This document shows positions 54,960 through 64,000 of a stretch of DNA of 64,000 nt, in pieces. The position numbers were made by a program, and so were the translations under genes. The notes under the pieces were generated by a model. That model saw nothing but the letters and a program-made list of their open reading frames with translations. It did not search any database and had not been told where the DNA came from. This stretch comes from Candidatus Altiarchaeales archaeon ex4484_2 (GTDB taxonomy: Archaea > Altiarchaeota > Altiarchaeia > IMC4 > QMZM01), in contig NJEG01000018.1 of NCBI GenBank assembly GCA_002254565.1, positions 1,088 to 65,087 of the forward strand, written 5' to 3'. Each line of letters starts with the position of its first letter. Position 1 is the first letter of the stretch.

Positions 54960-55910
54960 ATGAAGGCTATATTGATAAGGAAAATCAAGGACACCAGAAG
55001 AGAGCACTGGAAGATTCGACTTTTCATCGCCTTGATAAATGCTGTGATAGTATTTCTTCTGTCTGCCCTAATCCTGAGTTTTATGAAAACAGATATGCTG
55101 ATTGCCTTAGCTCCAGCTCTCATCTACCTGGTCTATGAATTCTTTATCTCCAGCGCTGAAAGCGAGAGAGTCCTAGTGGAACGGATTTCATTAAATAACC
55201 CGGAGATAAGGGAGCAGATTAAGACAGCCTACGATAATAGGAGAGATAAGGGGAGGAATATCGTTTTGTTGTCCCTGAGCAGGGAGGTATCCAAGATGAT
55301 AGATAAGACAGGCGTATCATCCCTTATGGACAGCAACGAACTAGTATTTAAAACAGTCTCGGCTGTTTTTTTGTCGTTTATCCTGTTGACTGTGAACGTT
55401 ATGGGATTCGATGTCTCGTTCATGAGCTCACTGCTGGATAACGAAGAAATCAACCACCTGATTGGGGGGATAGAAGACTCCACTGGATTTGATTTGAGGG
55501 AGGGTCTATCCAGCACGGGAGAAAAAAAAGAGTATGCGGCTGATGACAGATTTGAGGACAGCGTGGAGAGACCGGACATCGGCTCATCACATGGTGGTGT
55601 TACCTCCGGCTTTGACGAAGGAGAGATACCGGACTCAGGAGGCGGTGCAGGTTCCACAGCAGACGAGGATATTTTTGGGGATCCCTCTACTGCATCAATT
55701 GAGGGCCGCAACGTGGATATGAAACTCCATCCGGAATACGGTGGAAACATAGAGTTAAGGGACGTTAATGATGAAGCAGAGGGGTGGGAGATTCCAGAGA
55801 AAACGTTGGAGGGGGAAGCCAGCGGGATGCCGGATCAGGATCCTATAGAGTATAAAGAGTTCATAAAGAGGTACTTTGAGGCCATTCAGCAGGAGGTTTC
55901 CAGACATTAA
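54960..55910 (+). CDS. membrane protein with acidic/Gly-rich tail ending in a P.EYKEFIKRYFEAI motif
   Basis: Three predicted TM helices. The C-terminal motif resembles those of accessory proteins in MoxR/vWA operons (from memory). Lies immediately upstream of MoxR. Confidence 0.45.
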   Translation: MKAILIRKIKDTRREHWKIRLFIALINAVIVFLLSALILSFMKTDMLIALAPALIYLVYEFFISSAESERVLVERISLNNPEIREQIKTAYDNRRDKGRNIVLLSLSREVSKMIDKTGVSSLMDSNELVFKTVSAVFLSFILLTVNVMGFDVSFMSSLLDNEEINHLIGGIEDSTGFDLREGLSSTGEKKEYAADDRFEDSVERPDIGSSHGGVTSGFDEGEIPDSGGGAGSTADEDIFGDPSTASIEGRNVDMKLHPEYGGNIELRDVNDEAEGWEIPEKTLEGEASGMPDQDPIEYKEFIKRYFEAIQQEVSRH

Positions 55911-55940
55911 TATAGTTTGAGTCAGATATAAGATTAAACC

Positions 55941-56972
55941 ATGAAAACAGGAGGAAGCCTCTGGGGAGAGATAAAGATAATAAAGGGTGAGGAAAAGATC
56001 AAGGAAAGAGATCTGGAGATGATTTACCCAAGGATAAAGGATCTATATAATGCAATAGTCTCTGAGATAGGGAAGAATGTTATCGGACAAGATGAGGTTA
56101 TTGAACAGATTCTGGTGTCTATCTTCTCGAAAAACCATGCACTCCTGGAGGGTTACCCTGGGCTTGGTAAAACATTTACCGTGAGTACTCTCTCGCAGAT
56201 ACTTGACCTAGACTTTACGAGGATACAATGCACCCCTGACCTGATGCCCTCAGATATAACCGGTACGTATATTGTAGAGGAGGAAGGAGGTGGTAAGAGA
56301 TTCAAATTTGAGAAGGGTCCTGTTTTCACCAACATATTGTTGACTGATGAAATAAATCGGGCAACCCCCAAAACACAGTCAGCTCTCCTGGAGGCCATGC
56401 AGGAGAGACAGGTCTCCGCGGGTAACAAAACATATAAGCTTGACTCACCGTTCTTTGTTCTCGCAACACAAAACCCCATAGAGATGGAAGGCACCTACCC
56501 CCTGCCGGAGGCGCAGCTGGACAGGTTCCTGCTAAAAATTATGATAACCTACCCCAAAAAGGAAGAGGAAGGAAGGATAATAGATCTCTTCACCGGTGAA
56601 GATAGAACGGATGTGAAACAGCTGATACACAAGAACGAGTTCCTTAATATTCAACGCCTCACTCGGAAGGTTCCCATATCGCAGGAAAACAGGGACTATG
56701 TCCTGGATGTAGTAACCAAGACAAGACCTGAAAACGATGGAACAGCGAAGGAATACCTGGACTACGGGGCATCGCCCAGAGCCTCCATAGGACTGGTTTT
56801 GGCATCTAAGGCCAGGGCCCTTGTAAGGGGTAGAAGTTATGTTAGCAGGGAGGATATAGAAAAAATGGCTTATCCCGTGCTGAGGCACAGGATTATTCCC
56901 AACTTCGAATCCGAGAGAAAGGGCGTTACAACAGATCACGTGATAGAAAAAATACTGAAAGAGGTGGGTTAG
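55941..56972 (+). CDS. MoxR-family AAA+ ATPase
   Basis: Walker A GYPGLGKT, Walker B LLTDEINRATPKTQSALLEAM, ATQNPIEMEGTYPLPEAQLDRF. Confidence 0.9.
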   Translation: MKTGGSLWGEIKIIKGEEKIKERDLEMIYPRIKDLYNAIVSEIGKNVIGQDEVIEQILVSIFSKNHALLEGYPGLGKTFTVSTLSQILDLDFTRIQCTPDLMPSDITGTYIVEEEGGGKRFKFEKGPVFTNILLTDEINRATPKTQSALLEAMQERQVSAGNKTYKLDSPFFVLATQNPIEMEGTYPLPEAQLDRFLLKIMITYPKKEEEGRIIDLFTGEDRTDVKQLIHKNEFLNIQRLTRKVPISQENRDYVLDVVTKTRPENDGTAKEYLDYGASPRASIGLVLASKARALVRGRSYVSREDIEKMAYPVLRHRIIPNFESERKGVTTDHVIEKILKEVG

Positions 56973-57856
56973 TGGTTGTTGACCCGGATTTCCTGAACCA
57001 GCTGGGTAACCTGGAGTTGATAGCCAGGAAGAGGGTTTCTAACATCAACGTAGGAAGCAAGAGATCTATTCGAACCGGAAGGGGTATTGAGGTATCTGAT
57101 CATAGGCAGTATTATCCAGGAGACGACTTTAAGGCCATAGACTGGCGCCTTTATGGTAGGACGGAGAGGCTCTACATCAGGCGTTTCGAGGAGGAGAAGG
57201 ATTTAACAACACATATATTGGTGGACTCCAGCTCCAGCATGGATTTCTCTGTTGGGGGGATGAGGAAATTCGATTATGCAGCTAATCTTGCCGCAGGGTT
57301 TGCTTTCCTGTCAGTCAAAAAGTATGAGAAATTCGGTTCCGCTATGTTCACCAAGGGCATAATGGATATTGTACAGCCCAGAAAAGGTAAGAAGCACTTC
57401 TTCAGGCTTGTTGAGTTGATGGACAAATCAAATCAGGAGGGGGAAACAGACCTCAGGAGGTCTATTGATGAATACACGAAGATGATAAAATCCCGCTCCT
57501 TTGTAATAGTTCTATCGGACTTCATCGAGCCGATTGAATCCCTTGAGCATGCTGTCTTCAGGATTGCTAAATACTCGAAGGAGGCTATCCTGATGCAGGT
57601 TCTGGACCCGGGAGAAATTAACCTTAAGTGGAGGGAGGACGTGAACTTTGAAGATATGGAGAGCTCCAAGCTGGAGAGAACATACCTCAGCCCCGGCTTC
57701 AGGGAGGATTACTCCAGGAAGATAAAAGATCACATCTACAACCTGCAGGAGATTTGCAGGGATGCTGGCGTGGACTTCTATTCCGTGACCTCGGATAAGG
57801 CGTTGTTTGATTCCTTTATCCAGGTTATTGAGGGTAGGAAAGTTAAGGCCCTTTGA
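56972..57856 (+). CDS. DUF58-domain (vWA-like) protein
   Basis: DHRQYYPGDDFKAIDWRLYGR motif. GTG start overlaps the MoxR stop. Confidence 0.8.
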   Translation: MVVDPDFLNQLGNLELIARKRVSNINVGSKRSIRTGRGIEVSDHRQYYPGDDFKAIDWRLYGRTERLYIRRFEEEKDLTTHILVDSSSSMDFSVGGMRKFDYAANLAAGFAFLSVKKYEKFGSAMFTKGIMDIVQPRKGKKHFFRLVELMDKSNQEGETDLRRSIDEYTKMIKSRSFVIVLSDFIEPIESLEHAVFRIAKYSKEAILMQVLDPGEINLKWREDVNFEDMESSKLERTYLSPGFREDYSRKIKDHIYNLQEICRDAGVDFYSVTSDKALFDSFIQVIEGRKVKAL

Positions 57857-57919
57857 TTTTTTAAGTTTTAATGTAATGTTTTATACCATAGGCTGGAGTA
57901 AATGAGGTTTCTTTAAAAA

Positions 57920-59191
57920 ATGTACCGAAGTTATGAAGAAATGCCAAAGATAAGGCTCCCCAATGCAGGGGATATAAAAATAAGCGACAGCACCCTGAGA
58001 GACGGAGCCCAGATGACTGGCGTGGTATTAACCAGAAAACACAAACTCAGGATACAGGAATACCTGCATGAGATAGGAATCGAGAAACTAGAGTGCTTCC
58101 TGTTCAACGAAAGAGATAAGAAAGTAGCCAGGGACATGCTGGATAAGGGATACACTAACCCCGAGGTTACCGGGTGGGCTAGGGCTAACACAGGAGATAT
58201 TGACTTAGTTCTCAATATGGATGGTATAAAGGAGACGGGGATATTGATGTCCATCTCCGAAACCCACATATTCGACAAGCTTGGGGTGGAGAAAAGAGAG
58301 GAAGCAACAGAGAAATACCTTAATGCATTAGAGTACGCAACAGACCATGGATTGAGGGTTAGATGCCATATGGAAGACATCACAAGGGCGGATTTCTCCT
58401 ATGTGAAGGAGTTCACCAGAAAGGTTATCGAGATAGCACCTGATTCACTGATAAGATTATGCGACACCCTGGGTCTGGGGATGCCCTTCCCCGGCAGCCC
58501 GTTACCTTACAGCATACCAGAGATGGTTAAGATGATGAAGGATTTAGGGGTTAAGGAGATAGAAACCCACATGCACGATGACTTCGGGCTTGCTATAGCC
58601 AACTCCCTGGCCGGGTACTGGAACGGTGCGAACTGGTCTAATCTCACATTCCTTGGTATAGGCGAGAGAGCAGGTAACGCGGAACTGGAGAAGATACTCC
58701 TCTTCCTTATATGGAGGGTGGAGGGATTCGAGAGATACAACACAGAGAAGCTGGTTGAATTCGCGGAATACATGGAAAAGGAGGTCAGGGTCCATGTACC
58801 CAGAAACAAGGCAGTGGTAGGGAGAAACATATTCGCTCACGAGTCAGGCATCCACACAGCCGGCGTGATAAAAAACCCCTTCACCTACGAGCCCTTCCCG
58901 CCGGAGCTGGTTGGGGGAGAGAGACGCCTGGTTGTCGGAGACACCTCTGGCACAGAAGTAATCAGGAACAAGGTTGAGGAAATAACAGAGACATTGATGG
59001 GGGTGAAGGTGAAGGTTGATAAGAGAGATCCGAGGATTATAAAAATACACAATGAGATACATAAGCTGTATGATGCAGAAGGCAGGGTTTCCTCCATCTC
59101 CGATGATGAGATGAGGAAATACGTGGAGAAATACTTTATATTTGAGCCAGTAGCTGATGTGATAAAAACAAACGAAAACAACGGAGAATAA
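57920..59191 (+). CDS. HMGL-like aldolase family: homocitrate/isopropylmalate/Re-citrate synthase-like
   Basis: DSTLRDGAQ, HMEDITRAD and HMHDDFGLA metal/substrate motifs. Specificity cannot be told from sequence alone. Confidence 0.7.
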   Translation: MYRSYEEMPKIRLPNAGDIKISDSTLRDGAQMTGVVLTRKHKLRIQEYLHEIGIEKLECFLFNERDKKVARDMLDKGYTNPEVTGWARANTGDIDLVLNMDGIKETGILMSISETHIFDKLGVEKREEATEKYLNALEYATDHGLRVRCHMEDITRADFSYVKEFTRKVIEIAPDSLIRLCDTLGLGMPFPGSPLPYSIPEMVKMMKDLGVKEIETHMHDDFGLAIANSLAGYWNGANWSNLTFLGIGERAGNAELEKILLFLIWRVEGFERYNTEKLVEFAEYMEKEVRVHVPRNKAVVGRNIFAHESGIHTAGVIKNPFTYEPFPPELVGGERRLVVGDTSGTEVIRNKVEEITETLMGVKVKVDKRDPRIIKIHNEIHKLYDAEGRVSSISDDEMRKYVEKYFIFEPVADVIKTNENNGE

Positions 59192-59192
59192 T

Positions 59193-59903
59193 TCAGTGGT
59201 CTATCGTGTCAAAGTGCTTGGATTCAACATTCCTGTTAGTGAGCATATTAAAGTATTCCTTCACGTACCTGAGGAAAACCCGCAGATATCCCTCCTGCTT
59301 AAACCTTCTCGCTGAATTGTAGACTATCAGGTTTTTATCGATTATGATTCTCCCAAGTTTTGCGCGACCCATCCTCAGGGAAAGCTCTGTGTCCTCAAGC
59401 ATAGACAGGCTTTCATCAAAGCCCCCGACCTTTAGAAAGGCACTCCTCCTGTAGGCACAGTTGGGCGTACCAAGCTGATAGAAGCCAAACAATGCCGTGA
59501 ACCTGTACCATAAATCAGAGTTGATTTTGAACATAATCTTATCCAGTAACCTGGCATCAAGAGGCCTTAAAACACCGCCGACGCCAACCACACCCGGGTC
59601 ATGAAATTTACCTGCAATCTCCCCCACCCAGTCACTCTTCACCATAGTATCCGCATCCGTGAAAGCCACCACATCAGCATCACTCTCCATCACACCCAGA
59701 TTCCGGGCAGGGCCTGGGGCGTTGGTATGGGCCTTGATTACCTTATCCGCGTACTCCCCAGCTATATCAACTGTTTTATCAGTGGATCCAGCATCCACCA
59801 CAATAACGTTGAAAGTTTTATATCTGTTTTCCTTAATTGATTTTAGGCATTTACCTATATCTTTTTCCTCGTTATATGCGGGAATGATAACTGATACCTT
59901 CAT
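59193..59903 (-). CDS. family 2 glycosyltransferase
   Basis: VSVIIPAYNEE, VVDAGSTD and FTDADT motifs. Confidence 0.85.
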   Translation of the reverse strand: MKVSVIIPAYNEEKDIGKCLKSIKENRYKTFNVIVVDAGSTDKTVDIAGEYADKVIKAHTNAPGPARNLGVMESDADVVAFTDADTMVKSDWVGEIAGKFHDPGVVGVGGVLRPLDARLLDKIMFKINSDLWYRFTALFGFYQLGTPNCAYRRSAFLKVGGFDESLSMLEDTELSLRMGRAKLGRIIIDKNLIVYNSARRFKQEGYLRVFLRYVKEYFNMLTNRNVESKHFDTIDH

Positions 59904-59950
59904 CTTGAAAGTATAAAGTTATTCTATTAGGCAATATAAATATATAAAAA

Positions 59951-61015
59951 ATGAAGCGCAAGACCATGATATTGTTTCTGGTGGGGGTAATACTTATTGT
60001 CCTGCTCCTGCATACACTGGATATCAAACAGATTGAGGGAAAGCTGGTCAAGATGCCCAAGCAGGAACTCCTGAGTTATCTAACCGGCTTGTTCATCATA
60101 CAACTGGCTGTAATGCTTCTCTCAGCCCTGAAATGGCGTATTGTGTTAAGAAACTCGCAGGTTTCAATGAAAAACATTATCCCGGCAACCTTTGTAGGCT
60201 ACCTGGTCAACAACATAACACCCGTTGGCTTAGCGGGAGGGGAGCCAATCAGGGCATACATCCTATACAAGACTGACAGGATTAGTATGCCCACCTCAGC
60301 ATCTTCCGTGATAGTGGACCTCTTCCTTGAGATATTCCCCATTTTCATCATGATTCTCGCATCCATAGGGATTGTTTTATCAAGCGGCGTGCCCTTGGAG
60401 GTGTCCGTCCTGTTGTTGGTGATGATGTTGATTCTGGCGGTATTGTTCGCTGCCGTGGTTAGTATAGTATACCATAAACCCTACTCCAGCAGTCTCCTGA
60501 GGATTATAGGTAAAATCATCTCCGTAACGCCCTTCTTCAGGAGATACAGTGAACGGCTTGGGGATGAATTCGAGGACATAACCCATAGATTCGATGAAGC
60601 AATGAAGCTGCAACTGCTGGACAACCAGATAATCATCCAGGGAGTTTTCATCTCCAGCCTGGTGTGGATTCTGAGGGTGGTAAGACTTTACGTGTCTTTT
60701 CTGGCCCTGGGGGTGGAGGTTGCATTACCCACGGTAGTGGTTGTGGAAACCATGGTCTCAGCGGTTTCGTTCCTGCCGCTGCTTCCAGGAGCCATGGGTA
60801 TATGGGAGTGGACTTCTGTGGAGTTGTTTAGCATAGTCTCGCCCTATTCTGGAATAAGCATCACCCGGGAATATGCTGCCATGGGTACGTTAATGAACAG
60901 GGTGTTTTTGTACCTGATACCCTGTGTTATTGGTGTTCTAGCTGCATTCTATCTCGGGCTGAACATCTCCAGGATAACGGGAGAGGATAAGGGAGGGCTT
61001 GAAGAGTCCATCTGA
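59951..61015 (+). CDS. UPF0104/lysyl-phosphatidylglycerol-synthase-TM-region-like (flippase-like) membrane protein
   Basis: About 8 TM helices. Divergent partner of the GT2 gene, a common pairing. Confidence 0.65.
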   Translation: MKRKTMILFLVGVILIVLLLHTLDIKQIEGKLVKMPKQELLSYLTGLFIIQLAVMLLSALKWRIVLRNSQVSMKNIIPATFVGYLVNNITPVGLAGGEPIRAYILYKTDRISMPTSASSVIVDLFLEIFPIFIMILASIGIVLSSGVPLEVSVLLLVMMLILAVLFAAVVSIVYHKPYSSSLLRIIGKIISVTPFFRRYSERLGDEFEDITHRFDEAMKLQLLDNQIIIQGVFISSLVWILRVVRLYVSFLALGVEVALPTVVVVETMVSAVSFLPLLPGAMGIWEWTSVELFSIVSPYSGISITREYAAMGTLMNRVFLYLIPCVIGVLAAFYLGLNISRITGEDKGGLEESI

Positions 61016-61051
61016 CTTTTATTGGTGAAATACCAGAATATTACCTCCAAG

Positions 61052-61333
61052 ATGAAACTACCTAAGGTATTGAACACCTACTGCCCGCACTGCAGGAAAC
61101 AGGGGGAACATGATGTCTCGCTCGGCAAGAAAGGGAAAGCGAGCAGCATGAGGGAAGGGCAGAGAAAATTCGAGCAGGTGAAGAAGGGATACAAGGGCTC
61201 ACCCAGAACACCCAAAAAGCATGTCTACAAGATAGGTAAACGGACTGTTGCAATGCTCAAGTGCAAGAACTGTGGGAAGAAACACCAGAAGGTTTACAGG
61301 TCTAGAAGCAGGAAGAGAACGGAGATAGAATGA
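61052..61333 (+). CDS. rpl44e: 50S ribosomal protein L44e
   Basis: CPHCRKQ...CKNCGKK zinc ribbon and basic composition. Confidence 0.9.
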   Translation: MKLPKVLNTYCPHCRKQGEHDVSLGKKGKASSMREGQRKFEQVKKGYKGSPRTPKKHVYKIGKRTVAMLKCKNCGKKHQKVYRSRSRKRTEIE

Positions 61334-61509
61334 CTAGAAGCAGATTTCTGAGGGTTAAATGCGGCGACTGCGGTAACGAGCAGGTAATCTTTGATAGGAT
61401 ATCCACTGTAGTTAAATGTCTTGCCTGCGAAAAGATTCTTGCAGAACCAAGGGGTTCTGTGGCCGACATCAAGGCTGAAATACTTGACGTCGTCGACAAT
61501 AAAACATGA
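61330..61509 (+). CDS. rps27e: 30S ribosomal protein S27e
   Basis: My translation: MTRSRFLRVKCGDCGNEQVIFDRISTVVKCLACEKILAEPRGSVADIKAEILDVVDNKT* (59 aa, C4 zinc ribbon). Below the ORF-track length cutoff. ATGA overlaps on both sides. Confidence 0.85.
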   Translation: MTRSRFLRVKCGDCGNEQVIFDRISTVVKCLACEKILAEPRGSVADIKAEILDVVDNKT

Positions 61510-61928
61510 AAGAATTCGAGTTCCTAGAGCATACCGCCGACCTCAAATTCAGGTCCTACGGCAACAGCCTAAGTGAATGCTTTATTAATTGTGCTAGAGC
61601 ATTCACCCACTCCATAGCAGACCTCGGCTCCATAAAAAAAGAAAAAAGCAGGGAATTAAAGATCAGGGAGAATGAGCTTGACCTGCTGTTACATGATTTC
61701 CTTTCTGAGCTGTTGTTTCTTTTTGAGACAGAGAATCTGTTGTTCAGCGAATATGATATAGAGGTGGAAGAGAGTGGAGGATATGTTATGCGGGCATCAG
61801 CCCGAGGGGAAGAATACACTCCAGGCAGGCATCTATTGAAGACCGAGATTAAGGCAGTAACACTCCACGACCTCTACGTGAAGAAGATGGAAGGAAAGTG
61901 GGTTGCCCAGGTTTTATGTGATATCTAG
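61506..61928 (+). CDS. archease
   Basis: N-terminal FEFLEHTADLKF and C-terminal IKAVTLHDL signatures. 140 aa. Confidence 0.9.
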   Translation: MKEFEFLEHTADLKFRSYGNSLSECFINCARAFTHSIADLGSIKKEKSRELKIRENELDLLLHDFLSELLFLFETENLLFSEYDIEVEESGGYVMRASARGEEYTPGRHLLKTEIKAVTLHDLYVKKMEGKWVAQVLCDI

Positions 61929-63141
61929 CATCTCCCTGCCTTCTTTGACAATCTGGTTCAGCTTTTTTTTGGTGGTTGCTTCTGCTGTAATTCTGATAAA
62001 TGATTCCGTTCCCGAAGGCCTTATAAGAAACCAGCCCTCCTCCGAGGAAAGCCGCACCCCGTCAATGGTGTTCAGCTCGTAATCCAGTCTCTTGGCTTTC
62101 TTCAGGACAGACGCCATAATCACCGGCTTCTTATTTTCCTCGCACGGAATCTTCACCCTCAGGGTGGGGTATTCATTCACATCATCCAGTATCTCATAGA
62201 AACGGTTCTCTGAAACCATCTTGGCTGTTACCGCAGCAGTCAACACCCCGTCAGGGAACAAGTGCACTTCCGGGAATATAAATGAGCCGGAGGGCTCGCC
62301 TCCAAAGTCTGCGTGTTCTCTCTCGACTGTGTTAGCCACAGAAACATCACCTACTGGTGTCCTGATGACCTCCCCGCAGACCTCCTCGACCCTCATGGAG
62401 GCATCTACTGTGGTAACAACCTTGTTTTTCCCGTAAGCGAGTATGGAGACCATCGTGTGCTACCGCAACATCAACGCCAGATTCACGAACAATACTGCAG
62501 GTTTCTTTCAGGTTCTCCTCTGTCGGCTCAAGTCCGTGAGGGAATAATCCGTTGGTTTCAGTATTTAAGGCCTTCACCTGGCAGCCCATCTCCTCCAGGA
62601 GCGGGGGTGTGATAACAGAACCAGCTCCGTTAGCGCAGTCAACCAATATTTTAACTTCACTACCTACCAAGCCCACCTTTTTTAGTATCCTTTCCATGTG
62701 CTTGCCCAGGTAATCCACCACCTCGGTTTTGGTTTCCGATATTTCCACCCGCTTGAATTCCCTTAAACGGAATGCACTCTCCAAACACCTCTCCGGGTCT
62801 GGTGAATAGGCCCTGCCCCCGCTCCAGAACTTAAATCCGTTGTATTGGGGTGGGTTATGGGATGCTGTTACCACCACAGAGGTGCCGTATTCCTCCGAGG
62901 CCATGGCCACCGTTGGAGTGGGCACCAGCCCTAAATCCACCGCATTCTTTCCTGTGGCCTTCAAGCCCATGATGAACTGATCTTTCAGTTGAGGTGAGCT
63001 TTCCCGGCAGTCCATGCCTATCGCAATAAACTCATCCTGGGAGCAGGTTCCCAGGGCCATGGCAAGGTCTGCCACAAACTCCCTACTGATGTCTTTTACC
63101 TTTCTTCTTACTCCTGAGGTGCCGAATAGTCTATCAGCCAT
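61914..63141 (-). pseudogene. phosphohexomutase (phosphoglucosamine/phosphomannomutase family), broken by an out-of-frame internal deletion
   Basis: The N-terminal frame has the active site TASHNPPQYNGFK and runs to ...VAVAHDG. The C-terminal frame resumes at VSILAYGKNKVVTTV...GGEPSG...RPSGTE. Roughly 20 residues of the DGDADR metal loop are missing. Confidence 0.75.
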
Positions 63142-64000
63142 TTTTTATTTCTGGGACAATAATCTTTGCGAAGTTTATTATAAGAATCAACACAATAGGC
63201 CCCAGAAACAAGCCCGTGAAACCAAAGACCGCCGGTCCGAAGATATATGCCAGCATCAGGGAGCCCTTGTGCATGTCTTTACCGCTTACCAGAGGCCTTA
63301 AAAGCAGGTCCGGGGTGAAGTCCACGAAGACGTTGACCGTGAAAAGAAAAACCAGGAGATAAGGCCATTCATGAAAAAGGATGTCGTTGAGGTATGCCTC
63401 AGCCCCCAGATAAGCGAACAACGGAACCCAGATAATCTTTATCCCCACAGCAGGCACAAGGGTTCCCAGACCACATAATATCCCAAGAAGGAGGGGGTAG
63501 GGTATCTGTAGCCCTGGGTTCGCTATCGTATTCAGCAGATGGAATGCTATCACCCCAATCAGGGATGTGACCATTATGGTTAGGATGTTCCCGAAGAAGA
63601 TCTTCTGGAGGCTTGAGTCAACGGATTCGATGAATCGGGTGAATGTCTCATCCCCCCAGGGATTAAGTGTTTCCGTGAGAAAGTTTTTTATCCCGTGTCC
63701 GTGTTTGAGGAAATAGAATGTTAGAGTGAATGTCAAAAAGAGCTTGAATAGTATGTCTGCTATCTGGAACAGAGGCAGTATCAGGTTATCGTAGACTGCC
63801 ATGCCTCCCTCCCCCATAAAAACCAAGAGGTCCAGGTCTTCCAAGTTAAGATAGATTTCCTCCAGCTCCCTGACTTCATTATTTATGTGTTCATTCAGGA
63901 TAAACGCGTTAGCGGAGAGAAGCTGGTTTAGCTCATGGGATGCTACACTGAGGGAGTATAAGGCTATTGATATAACAGGCAGTACTAATACAATAAGTGA
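63134..64000 (-). CDS. AI-2E family transporter (UPF0118/PerM-like), partial; the 5' end lies beyond the window
   Basis: Polytopic. C-terminal half has LRPLVSGKDMHKGSLMLAYIFGPAVFGFTGLFLGPIV. The frame stays open from 63844 to 64000 (my translation found no stop). Confidence 0.75.
   Translation of the reverse strand, partial: SLIVLVLPVISIALYSLSVASHELNQLLSANAFILNEHINNEVRELEEIYLNLEDLDLLVFMGEGGMAVYDNLILPLFQIADILFKLFLTFTLTFYFLKHGHGIKNFLTETLNPWGDETFTRFIESVDSSLQKIFFGNILTIMVTSLIGVIAFHLLNTIANPGLQIPYPLLLGILCGLGTLVPAVGIKIIWVPLFAYLGAEAYLNDILFHEWPYLLVFLFTVNVFVDFTPDLLLRPLVSGKDMHKGSLMLAYIFGPAVFGFTGLFLGPIVLILIINFAKIIVPEIKNG

Overview
This is an archaeal chromosomal segment, densely coded on both strands. 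Marker genes are the DNA polymerase D subunits DP1/DP2, archaeal-type adenylate kinase, ribosomal proteins L34e/L15e/L44e/S27e, aIF5A, RtcB, archease, TYW3 and an NMD3-like protein. Most of the window is housekeeping:
- pyrimidine genes pyrC/pyrK/pyrD, plus purB, hom and a dCMP deaminase
- an NfnAB/SudAB-like oxidoreductase pair
- a bacterial-type fbp-fba pair
- geranylgeranyl reductase and a GlmU-like enzyme
- a MacB/FtsX-type ABC transporter operon, a Kef-type antiporter and a MoxR-DUF58 module

I found no tRNA, rRNA, CRISPR array, transposase or integrase.

Three things stand out.
1. The pyrD-pyrK operon is split by a 3.4-kb AT-rich insert. It carries two tandem Schlafen/AlbA_2-type paralogues plus gene remnants. 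Direct repeats of 119 and 146 bp bracket it; they duplicate the pyrK promoter/leader and contain a variable 9-bp microsatellite.
2. Region 38.8-41.9 kb is a stretch of decayed secreted-protein genes. Two convergent esterase pseudogenes overlap on a 24-bp palindrome that encodes the same WEFxxKLP motif on both strands. Cys-rich CGNGxC...NCPxDC proteins sit next to them.
3. Several conserved genes (PAC2, class II aldolase, phosphohexomutase, possibly the geranylgeranyl reductase tail) show reading-frame breaks. I cannot tell assembly indels from real decay without reads.

Two real genes are missing from the supplied ORF track: a partial wHTH plus coiled-coil gene at the left edge, and the 59-aa S27e.

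All family assignments come from motif recognition by eye. No database search was run.
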